Source: Methanothermus fervidus DSM 2088
Lineage (GTDB): Archaea > Methanobacteriota > Methanobacteria > DSM-2088 > Methanothermaceae
Reading direction: 5' to 3'
NCBI GenBank assembly: GCA_000166095.1
Contig: CP002278.1
Span: 390,001 to 422,000 of the forward strand
DNA: 32,000 bases
Within the stretch, counting starts at the first letter, position 1. Every line of letters begins with the position of its first letter. Made by a program: the position numbers and the translations under genes. The notes under the pieces are model-generated. The model was not told where the DNA came from and ran no database searches. It saw only the letters and a program-made list of their open reading frames with translations. Shown here one piece after another: positions 21,402 through 30,500 of the stretch.

Positions 21402-22516
21402 TACCAACAATCTGCGTGATTATAGGTATAATCGTAACATTTTATGCAGCATATAGTGATTTTAAATGGGGTATTATTCCAAATAAATTAACATTTTCAA
21501 CACTTCTCCTAGGATTGCTATTAAATACTGCTTGGGCAGTTATGATGTCTAATATTCCTTTTCTTACTAACATGCTTATATTTGTAGGTTCTGTATTTGC
21601 TATTTGCTATTTCTTCTATTGGATAGGGGCTTGGTCTGGGGGCGACGTAAAATTACTTACGGCATTGGCGGCATTGGTACCTTACAGATATTCTATAACA
21701 GATGTGACTGTAACAGCCCCATACCCTTTTCCATTTACAATTATAATAAATAGTATTATATCCCTTTTACCTTATTTAATGTTTTATACGACCTATATTG
21801 TTTTTAAAGAAAAAAAGCACTTGGTGAATGAATTATTAGAGCCAATACGGAATTATAAAAAAATTTTAGTAACATCTATAGTTTTGGTAGCTTCTATAAA
21901 CTTTGCAAAATTTTTCACACATATATATCTTTATTCCATAGTCTTAACAGTCATATTTACATTTCTTATTTTTCTTTTCATTTCTAAGTTACAGAAATAC
22001 ATAAAGTTAGCTGTAATTCTATCAATAACCTTTTTAATTTTGTTTATACATCCTTACAATAATTTTATTTCCATTATTTCAATTTTTATAACATTATTAA
22101 TTTTTAGCTTTCTCCTGAATTTTTTCACAAGAATTGTAACTGAGGCTTTGAGAGACGATGTGAAAGTTGAAGATCTTAAAGAAGGAATGATATTAGCATA
22201 TGATCTTGTTGAGAAGAATGGAAAAATATTTTTTGATTCCAAACCTTTAAAAGAAAAAATAAAAGAATGTTTGAGAATGGGAAACATAGGTCCAATAATA
22301 AATCCTGGTAGAATATTGATAAAATCAATGGCGGCGGGTTTATCAGAAAAAGATATTAAACTCTTAGAAAAACTTGTAAAAGAAAAAAAATTAGAAAATA
22401 AAATAAAAATTAAAAAAGGCATTCCATTTGGGCCTGCAATATTTATTGGCTTCTTGATTTCTGTGTTATTTGGAGATATAGTTTCTGCTATTTTAGAATT
22501 CGTGAACTACCCCTAA
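21398..22516 (+). CDS. Archaeal A24-family prepilin/preflagellin-type aspartic peptidase with extra C-terminal domain
   Basis: YSDFKWGIIPNKLTF and WSGGDVKLLTALAALVP carry the two catalytic Asp contexts in a multi-TM protein. ATGA overlap with pyrG. C-terminal soluble segment VKVEDLKEGMILAYDLVEKNGKI. Confidence 0.85.
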   Translation: MIPTICVIIGIIVTFYAAYSDFKWGIIPNKLTFSTLLLGLLLNTAWAVMMSNIPFLTNMLIFVGSVFAICYFFYWIGAWSGGDVKLLTALAALVPYRYSITDVTVTAPYPFPFTIIINSIISLLPYLMFYTTYIVFKEKKHLVNELLEPIRNYKKILVTSIVLVASINFAKFFTHIYLYSIVLTVIFTFLIFLFISKLQKYIKLAVILSITFLILFIHPYNNFISIISIFITLLIFSFLLNFFTRIVTEALRDDVKVEDLKEGMILAYDLVEKNGKIFFDSKPLKEKIKECLRMGNIGPIINPGRILIKSMAAGLSEKDIKLLEKLVKEKKLENKIKIKKGIPFGPAIFIGFLISVLFGDIVSAILEFVNYP

Positions 22517-22520
22517 CGAG

Positions 22521-22937
22521 TTAAAAATATCTATCTAAAATACCTTTTAGCATTTTAGCGTGCCTAGCTTCATCTCTTGAACTTTCATCAAAAAAATCAT
22601 GTGCTGGATCGATGCCAACTTCCTTTGCTTTGGTTGCAGCATCTTTTTTCTCTTTATTAGCTTTCAATTCTCCTTCTAACATCATTTCTATGTTTTTCTT
22701 TAGATCTTCATTAATTACACCATTCATTTCTGCGAAATGTGCTGCATGTTCTGCTTCTTCGAATGCAATTCTTTTAAAAACCTCTGCAACCTCTGGTAAT
22801 CCTTCTCTTTGGGCTTGTCTAGCCATTGCTAAGTACATTCCTACCTCTTTGCATTCACCTTCAAAATTATTTTGAACTTCTTTTTCTATTTCTGTATTCT
22901 TGGTTATTCCAATTTTATGCTCATTAACAACTTTCAT
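22521..22937 (-). CDS. rbr: Rubrerythrin-like ferritin-fold diiron protein lacking an obvious rubredoxin domain
   Basis: [40 protein letters not shown] and [20 protein letters not shown]: paired ExxH motifs; 138 aa; no CxxC rubredoxin segment. Confidence 0.88.
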   Translation of the reverse strand: MKVVNEHKIGITKNTEIEKEVQNNFEGECKEVGMYLAMARQAQREGLPEVAEVFKRIAFEEAEHAAHFAEMNGVINEDLKKNIEMMLEGELKANKEKKDAATKAKEVGIDPAHDFFDESSRDEARHAKMLKGILDRYF

Positions 22938-22939
22938 TT

Positions 22940-24160
22940 TTACATCTCCTTTACCTTTTTTGCCAGTTTTCTACCAATTTCGTAACACTTTTCTAATTCT
23001 TTTTCATCAGGTATATAAAATATTTCATATTCATCTATAACCTCAAAACCACATTCTTTAAGTTCATTTGCTATTATTTCTGGGGCTCCACCTTCTCCAC
23101 CCATAGATCCAAATGTTATTGCTAATTTTTTAAATCCAGTCCTATCAAATCTTAAACCTTTAAGATAATATATAATATCTCCAAGTGTGGGATATGGTTT
23201 GTCATAAATAGTAGGAGTTCCAAAAGCAACGGCTTTGCTGTCTAGAATATCCTTAACAATTTCACTTCTCTCATCTTCATGAAGGTAGTACATCCTAACA
23301 TCTACTCCTTCACTTATTATACCTTCAGCTATTGCATGTGCCATTTTTTGTGTTGAGTAATGCATTGTATCATAGATTATCGTTATTTTGTTTTTACATT
23401 TTCCTTCAGCCCAATCCTTATAGGCTCCAATTATTTTCATTGGATCTGTCCATATTTGTCCATGGGAAGGAGCTATCATTTTTATTTTATTTAAAAGCCC
23501 CAAATCCTCTATTTCTTTGAATTTCTTTAAGACTCTCTTTGATAAAGGTGTAATTAAATTTGCATAAAATTTTTGGGCAGCATCCATTAGCACATATTCG
23601 GGAATCTCATAATCATATCTTTGAGGATAACAGAGATGTTGTCCAAAGGCATCATTTGGGAATAATATACCGTCCTCAACAAGTAAAGTGAACATACTGT
23701 CTGGCCAGTGTAAAAGGAAAGCTTCCACAAATGCCAGTGTTTTATTTCCTAAATCTAATTTGTCACCTGTTTTAACTTCGATAAAATCTGCATTTTTAAG
23801 TTGAGGGTAATGCTTCTTTAAACCATCAACTGCTATTTCCGTACAGTAAATTGGAGCTTCTGGAAATTTTTTATGGATTTGTGGCAATGCTCCACTGTGG
23901 TCTCTTTCAACATGGTTTTGTACTATTACATCAATTTTTTCTCTCTTTTCTTTTTCTAATGCATCTTTTATTCTTGCCCATAATTGGGTTTCAGTGCCAG
24001 GGTATGTGTTATCAATTAAACAAGTTTTATCTTCCCCAAAAACTAAATATGCATTATAGGTTGTGCCTTTAAGTGTATATCCGTGATATATTCTAATATC
24101 CCAATCTAAAACTCCAACCCAATATACACCGTCTTTTATTTTTACAGCTTTGGCTTTCAT
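22940..24160 (-). CDS. fprA: Flavodiiron protein, F420H2 oxidase (FprA) type
   Basis: [18 protein letters not shown] metallo-beta-lactamase-like diiron site, [20 protein letters not shown], flavodoxin domain [21 protein letters not shown]...[24 protein letters not shown]...[11 protein letters not shown]. Confidence 0.93.
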   Translation of the reverse strand: MKAKAVKIKDGVYWVGVLDWDIRIYHGYTLKGTTYNAYLVFGEDKTCLIDNTYPGTETQLWARIKDALEKEKREKIDVIVQNHVERDHSGALPQIHKKFPEAPIYCTEIAVDGLKKHYPQLKNADFIEVKTGDKLDLGNKTLAFVEAFLLHWPDSMFTLLVEDGILFPNDAFGQHLCYPQRYDYEIPEYVLMDAAQKFYANLITPLSKRVLKKFKEIEDLGLLNKIKMIAPSHGQIWTDPMKIIGAYKDWAEGKCKNKITIIYDTMHYSTQKMAHAIAEGIISEGVDVRMYYLHEDERSEIVKDILDSKAVAFGTPTIYDKPYPTLGDIIYYLKGLRFDRTGFKKLAITFGSMGGEGGAPEIIANELKECGFEVIDEYEIFYIPDEKELEKCYEIGRKLAKKVKEM

Positions 24161-24203
24161 TTTATCACCATTTTGTTCTATAATATTCGAACAATATATA
24201 TTT

Positions 24204-24219
24204 TTCGGTCATGATCGAA
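24204..24219. promoter_or_regulatory. Candidate operator between divergent fprA and HTH-V4R genes
   Basis: TTCGGTCATGATCGAA is a 16-bp dyad with one mismatched pair, lying between an AT-rich TATA-like element for each direction (ATATATA near 24194-24200; TTTTATATAAAAAT near 24221-24235). Direct repeat TCGAACAAT at 24187-24195 and 24215-24223. Confidence 0.45.
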
Positions 24220-24264
24220 CAATTTTATATAAAAATATAAATAAAATTAATTTTAGGTGAAAAA

Positions 24265-25012
24265 ATGCAAGAACTAAAAAGCAGTATATTTTCAACAAAA
24301 AAAGGCTTAAAGATTGTAAACAGTCCTACAAAATTGAAAATATTAAATTTGTTAATGGAAAATGGTGAAATGTATTTTAACGAAATTGTAAATGCCGTTG
24401 GAAAATCAAAATCAACAATATCTACACACCTAAAAGATTTAATTAATGAGGGCATTGTAAAATCGAAAGTTTCTCCAAGAAATCGTAGAAAAAAGATATT
24501 TTATGTAGAATCTAAATATTTAGGAAAAATAATGCAAAGAAGTCCATATAAATTTCATGAAAACATAGAAGATTTAAAAAAATTGTTAAAGGATGGAAGT
24601 AGAGGATTTTATAGACTCATGTTTCATCTAATTCGTGTTGAATTAATGAAAAAAGGTATAGATTTGGATCCTATCTTAAAAAATGTTGGAAAAAAACTTG
24701 GAAAAATAATTTATGATGAAGTAGAAGAAAAAAATTTTGAAAAGTTGTTAATTAAATTAGTTAATTTCTGGCAAAAATATGGTCTTGGAAAAATGGAAAT
24801 AAAAAAGAAAAAAACCTTTAGAGATTAAAGTATATGATTGTTTTGAATGTGGTACACTGCCAAATATTGGAAAATCAGCATGTGTGTTGGATTCTGGTAT
24901 TCTCAGCAATATATTTCAATTATATACTGGTAAAAAGGTAAAGGTAAATGAAAAAAAATGTTACGCACAAGGCAACGATTTTTGTTTGTTTGAATTATCT
25001 TTTGAAGAATAA
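24265..25012 (+). pseudogene. ArsR/MarR-type HTH regulator with C-terminal V4R (4-vinyl reductase) domain, frame split by a one-base surplus in an A7 run
   Basis: ORF 24265-24828 has the winged HTH (SPTKLKILNLLMENGEMYFNEIVNAVGKSKSTISTHLKDLINEGIVKSK) and ends ...KMEIKKKKTFRD*. Dropping one A from 24808-24814 continues PLEIKVYDCFECGTLPNIGKSACVLDSGILSNIFQLYTGKKVKVNEKKCYAQGNDFCLFELSFEE* to 25012, a V4R C-terminal signature absent from the ORF track. Confidence 0.78.
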
Positions 25013-25045
25013 AATTTATTGAAAAAATAAATTTAATTAAAAACT

Positions 25046-25495
25046 ATGAAGAGGTATGAGACATTAATAAAAAATATTAAAAAAGAAATAAAAAAAGGTT
25101 CAATAACTAGAGTTTTAGAATTACTTTATGAATTGCCTCATTTTGATTGGGTAGGAATATATTTACTCAAAGAGAAATCACTTGTTTTAGACAGATATAA
25201 AGGATTTCCAACAATACATAAAAGAATACCTTTAGGTAAAGGTTTATGTGGTACTGCTGCACTTAAACAAAAAACTATAATTTCTAATGACGTTTCAAAA
25301 GAAAAAAATTATATCCCTTGCGATGAAAATGTAAAATCTGAAATAGTTGTACCTATAAAGAAAAATGACAAGATTTTAGGGGTTATTGATGTTGACAGTA
25401 ATCAACTTTCTGCATTTAATGATGCAGATAAAAAACTACTTGAAAAGATTGCAAAAATGATATCAGATGCTTTTGACCAACTGTTTTCCTCTTGA
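25046..25495 (+). CDS. GAF-domain protein resembling free methionine-(R)-sulfoxide reductase (fRMsr/MsrC)
   Basis: HFDWVGIYLLKEKSLVLDRYKGFPTIHKRIPLGKGLCGTAALKQKTIISNDVSKEKNYIPCDENVKSEIVVPIKKNDKILGVIDVDS: fRMsr-like motifs with Cys in GKGLCGTAA and in YIPCDENVKSEIVVP. Confidence 0.8.
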   Translation: MKRYETLIKNIKKEIKKGSITRVLELLYELPHFDWVGIYLLKEKSLVLDRYKGFPTIHKRIPLGKGLCGTAALKQKTIISNDVSKEKNYIPCDENVKSEIVVPIKKNDKILGVIDVDSNQLSAFNDADKKLLEKIAKMISDAFDQLFSS

Positions 25496-25849
25496 AAGTA
25501 CGAGAATATCTGGACGAGGAGATTTACCTGAAAATTCCTTTTTACATCTATTACAAAGTTTTCTAGCTGTTAAACCAACAACCATTGAAGTACCAGGGAA
25601 ATTCCTTGCATACACAATATCTACTTTCATAGTTATATTCTTTAAAATTTTTTTGATCATTTTTGTTATGTGTTTGTGAAACACTTCTGCATCTTCAACC
25701 TCTAGGCCTCTGATGTCGGCAAGAAATCCCGAACATCCACAAGCCATTTTAAAAATTTTTACTTCAGGTACATAAACAAACTTACCAGTAAAATTTTGTA
25801 GGTCATTTTCTATTTTATTTCTAGCATCGCTCAACAGATTTAACTTCAT
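25463..25849 (-). CDS. Small cysteine-containing protein of unknown function
   Basis: 128 aa; ACGC and CNRC motifs; starts inside the 3' end of the U32 gene (29-bp overlap) and its 3' end overlaps the GAF gene by 33 bp. Coding likelihood supported by operon-style overlap and absence of another explanation. Confidence 0.7.
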   Translation of the reverse strand: MKLNLLSDARNKIENDLQNFTGKFVYVPEVKIFKMACGCSGFLADIRGLEVEDAEVFHKHITKMIKKILKNITMKVDIVYARNFPGTSMVVGLTARKLCNRCKKEFSGKSPRPDILVLSRGKQLVKSI

Positions 25850-26834
25850 TTACATCACATTTAACTACTTCTTTAGCTAGTTCATTACAAAAACCACAAT
25901 CATGGCAAAATTTAGAACATTGCTTCCATTGTTCTATAACACCATCCAATTTATCATTGGGGATGTAAAAACGATCTCGAAGTTCATTTGGACAATCCAA
26001 TATATCTAATAAATTTCCAACATATTTCCCCTTCATATAACTTTTAGCTGTATTTATAATCCATTCTACTGTGTTACTTCTGCCAGCTATTTTTACAGAA
26101 TCTATTCCTAATTTCTTGTATTCTTTGATATCTTCAGGTCTAATCCAAGGAGATTTTATGATTAAGGAAGGATCTTGAACTCGGAGTGATATACACCTTT
26201 CAAAATAATAATCACCAAAAATAGGTTCTGGAGATGTAGTAACATGGGAAAATAAATTAAAATGGAAATACCGAAAAGGACATTTATAAATACATGCTTC
26301 ATTAGCTATAACCTTTAATTTGCAATTTACACAATCTCTAATAGCTTCTATAATATCAAAATGTCTATTTATATTGGTATCAAGAGTTATTTCCGATGCT
26401 CCTAATTTTTCAAAAAATTTTGCTTTTTCTGGTGAATCAATATGTGCAATACAAGAAACACATACTTCAATGTTTTTAGTTTCTTTTGACACAAGCTCAA
26501 CTAGATAGGGATCTGAAACTATTACACCATCTACACCAATCTCTTCTAATTTCTTGATATATCTGGCTAGGATTTTATATCCTTCAAAAGTTAGATGTTT
26601 TCCTCCAAAACAGGAAGAATTTAAAACTAAATTAAATTTTATGCCATGTTTATGGGCATAATTTACTTGTTCTTTAATATCATCAAAAAAAGGTGAATAT
26701 AAAGCAGCCCTGCCACTACCTATAAATTCAGAGATTCCTGCCATATATACATCGTAATCTCTTTTAGGTAAATTCTTAAATATTTCTTTTTCAGAATCTA
26801 AAGTTCCAGGAAGAGGTATGCTAAACTTCATCAT
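25821..26834 (-). CDS. Peptidase U32-family protein with cysteine-rich C-terminus
   Basis: AALYSPFFDDIKEQVNYAHKHGIKFNLVLN, DGVIVSDPYLVELV, LGASEITLDTNINRHFDIIEAIRDC, NEACIYKCPFRYFH, and CSKFCHDCGFC near the C-terminus. Confidence 0.82.
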   Translation of the reverse strand: MMKFSIPLPGTLDSEKEIFKNLPKRDYDVYMAGISEFIGSGRAALYSPFFDDIKEQVNYAHKHGIKFNLVLNSSCFGGKHLTFEGYKILARYIKKLEEIGVDGVIVSDPYLVELVSKETKNIEVCVSCIAHIDSPEKAKFFEKLGASEITLDTNINRHFDIIEAIRDCVNCKLKVIANEACIYKCPFRYFHFNLFSHVTTSPEPIFGDYYFERCISLRVQDPSLIIKSPWIRPEDIKEYKKLGIDSVKIAGRSNTVEWIINTAKSYMKGKYVGNLLDILDCPNELRDRFYIPNDKLDGVIEQWKQCSKFCHDCGFCNELAKEVVKCDVNEVKSVERC

Positions 26835-26966
26835 ATTTTACTTTGTCATCGAGAATACAAAATATTTTCCAGATTAAAAGTCTCTAAACAATTATTATTT
26901 TGAGAATTTTTAAAACAAAAGTAATACGATAGTATTAATAATTAAAAATTTATTGCGAGGAAAAAT

Positions 26967-27557
26967 ATGTATATAGCATTCGAAGGAATTGATGGTTCAG
27001 GAAAGACAACTATATGCAAGTATATTTCTTCATATTTGAGAAGAAACGGTTATAAAGTCCTTACTGTTGGATTCCCTAGCAATAATGAAATTGGTAAATT
27101 AGCTAAAAAAATGTTAAAAGGTGAAATTAAATGGAACGAAATAGCCTTTGAATTACTTATAACTGCTGATATGTTACAATGTAATCACAAAATTAAAAAA
27201 TTTTTAAAAAATGGAGGAATTGTTTTAAGTGATCGTAGCCCTTATTCAAGTATTGCATATAGGCCACATTTACGCAATTGGATAGAAAAAATACACAAAC
27301 CTTTAATTAAACCAGACATTGTTATATTTTTAGATGTGAGCGTAGATAATGCATTGAAAAGAATATATAAACATGACAAATATGAAAAAAAGAAATACCT
27401 AGAGATAGCAAGAAGAACATATTTACGTCTTTCTAAAGAGTTAAATTTTGTTAAGATCAATGCAAATAAAAATTTTAAAAAAGTATTTTTGGATGTAAAA
27501 CATATCATTGAAAGTTCAGTGAAAAATAAAAGACTATCACTCAGGCCTTCTCAATAG
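26967..27557 (+). CDS. tmk: Thymidylate kinase family protein
   Basis: MYIAFEGIDGSGKTTICKYISSYLRRNGYKV P-loop, LSDRSPYSSIAY (DRxxxSxxAY), and IFLDVSVDNALKRI. Confidence 0.88.
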   Translation: MYIAFEGIDGSGKTTICKYISSYLRRNGYKVLTVGFPSNNEIGKLAKKMLKGEIKWNEIAFELLITADMLQCNHKIKKFLKNGGIVLSDRSPYSSIAYRPHLRNWIEKIHKPLIKPDIVIFLDVSVDNALKRIYKHDKYEKKKYLEIARRTYLRLSKELNFVKINANKNFKKVFLDVKHIIESSVKNKRLSLRPSQ

Positions 27558-30500
27558 ATATCCTGCTGCTATTAATGCAATCAATATTATAACACCAATT
27601 ATTCCTGCAAATGGAATTCCTGGCTTTCCAATTCCCTTAGACACTGGTGTAATCTCATATGCTTTACCTGCTGCTCCAGCAGCTTGGGCTGCCCCCCTTG
27701 CACCAATTTCACCACCAACTCTACCTGAAGGACCTGAAATTCCTGGTGAAACTCCCCTTGTTGTTGCAGTTCCAATTCCTACTCTTCCTAATGCAGTTGG
27801 AGCTCCTAGTTGTGATGGTGCTCCTGGAATTGAAGGTTGTGGTGTAGTTGTTGGAATTCCAGGGATTGAAGGTTGTGGTGTTGTTGGAGCTCCTGGGATA
27901 GTTGAGGGAACTAAAACTTTTAAATATTCACTAGCCAAATTAAGTTGTTGAGATGTTAGCTGTACCATTCCACGAGAATAAGCTTGATAAATATATCTAC
28001 AAATCATTTCAGCTGCGGAAGCATCAAATTTTCTTAAAATATCTCTATTTAAGTAGATAGACACCAATCTATTCCACATATCTTTATTTATAACTTTAAC
28101 TAGCACATCTGTCGTAAATAAATCTCTAATTTGTAGTGCTACAGATGCATGTCCTGATGGTCCTTCATTTAGTTTTCCTTCGAGCCATTCTGGATTAAGC
28201 AAGGTTGTCACTATTGTATCATAATAAGATTCTTTTAAAGTGTTTACACGAGGAATTGCATAAGCAGTCTTTATAATATAACTTTCCATTTCCCTACCTG
28301 TTAAATATCTTACAGCGAAATTTATAAGTGCTGAAGCCCTGTAAAGACAAAGGCCTTCACCACTGCTCCTGTATGGCATTATTGCTATACTTGTTTCAAC
28401 AGTTCTCGTTAATAACTTAAGTAAGTTAGGACTGTGAATACCATCTAAGTCTGCTCCATATACATATGAATAATAATTAGTATACATTTCTGCTAATTCT
28501 TTTGGTGTCCAATCATCCTTTGACCAAAGAACACGATCTACTGAAACTCCATGTGGATCTGAACCAGGAGGCAATCCAAATAATCTTGATCTAGCTAATC
28601 TTTCTGATAATCTCTCTGATTCTTCTTTTGCCAATCCTGAGGAAATGAACTCATTTAAGAGATCTTGTTTTATTGATAAATAATGTTTTCGTAAAAAGTT
28701 GAGAGAAGTTGGTTCATTTAAGCTTACAATTCGTTTTATAGCATTATCTATTACTTTCAGAGCATTTGGAACAAGACTTCTGAAATTGTGTAAATCCAGT
28801 ATAAGAACATCGATTCTAGGCCTGCCAAACTCTTCTAACGGTACTATATCAGCTCCAACCAATTTTTCATTTTCATATATGGGTTTCAATCCTATTAATT
28901 CAAAGATAATAGCTAAACTAAGTCCTTGAGTTGGTATTAAATCTGAGATATCAATAGCAACTGTTTCTGGATATTTACCATATGTTTCTTTATATCGCTT
29001 TAAAAATTCATTTACACATTTTTTAGCGAGTACTATTGCAGCTTTATCTGGTACAGCGTCAGGATCAAATGAATACATATTACGTCCAGTAGGCAATGCA
29101 TTTAAGTTAGTTATTGGGTCTTTGGCTGGTACAGGATCAATAAATTCTCCATTTAAAGCTTTCAATACAGCGTTAATTTCATTTGAACAAGAGTCAATCA
29201 ATAATTTTTTTACTTCATCACGATTTCTATGTTCAGGATCATATTCAACTATTACATCTATGAATTTCTCTAAAGTTTTGTTGTCAGGCAACTCACCTAA
29301 TGTATGAAGTCCAAATGTTGTTAAAGTTTCTTGTAATTCTTTGAGATATTCATACAACTTATCTTTTAGTATAACAAAAGGTGTTTTTTCATTTGCCCCA
29401 ATTCTATCTTTTAATCCAGGTATTTCATTGATTTTATTCTGGATTAATTTTTCTAATACTTCCATTCTCTCAGTATTATTTAATGACTGAGCAGATTCCC
29501 ATGATTTTAAAAGTTCAGACAATTCTTTGAATTCTCCAAAAAGTTCAGTTTTTATTAAAGGTGGTGGGAGATATGACAAGGTGATACCATAAGCTCTCCT
29601 CTTTATAGGATTAATGACGGATTCCAAAGGATCATCCATTCTAAGCAGATGTATATATGGCAGATAACCTATCAAATTATTTGGCCAATCACTTTCTGTC
29701 ATGCCACAAGGTCTACCAGGCAACAATTCGAGAGTCCCATGTTGTCCTATACAAACCAATGCATCTGCATGAAACTTATTCCTAATGTAAAGGTAAAATG
29801 CTATGAATTGATGAGTTGGTGGTAATGTATTGTTATATAAATTCTGAAGTGATCCTTTCCATTTCCACACAGGATTAGGTCCTAAAAATATTTTACCTAG
29901 GATAAATCCAGGAATAACAATTTTATTTTTATATACCATTACATTGCCTGGTGGAGGTCCCCACACAGCCTCTACTTGATCTCTAAGTATTTTTGGAAGT
30001 GTATTATACCACTTTAAATATTCTTCTACATCAATTGTTATACAACCATTCTTTATTAATTCTTCAATATATTGAATATTTGTTACATTTTTTGGATTTC
30101 TTCCACATCTATTTATCATTTCCATAAGAAATGTAGGTGAAATTGAAACATTTCCTAAATCATATCCTGCTAGCTTCATGGAATTTAATAAATTAGCTAA
30201 GCTTTTATATAAGTTTAAACCATTAGTTACAGGCATTTTTTCATCATGTGTATTATCAAAATATACAATTGCTATTTTTTTATCTGAATTATTCTTTTTC
30301 CTGAGATTTATCCAAGCTGTAACCCTATCTACCAACTGTTTAATTCCAAATTCGTATGGCATATATTTCTTTTCGGGATACCCTGTATTTTCATCTATAT
30401 TTGTAATAATGTCTCCTCCAATGAGGATTGGCTCAATACGTCCTTGTACTTCAAAAATACAGAGCCAAAAGTATTCTAAACCTCTTAACCCCATTTTTTT

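Noticed and set aside
26835-26966. Hidden structured RNA or tRNA in the longer intergenic gaps (also 16728-16876 and 31587-31694)
   Set aside because: All are AT-rich with no GC-rich island, no T-loop GTTCRANNC-like motif and no stable stem visible by eye; a covariance-model search was not possible.
27823-27909. Short tandem repeats considered as a CRISPR or satellite
   Set aside because: Only two and a half units, no spacers, and they encode the in-frame PQPSIPG stalk of the CobN-like protein.
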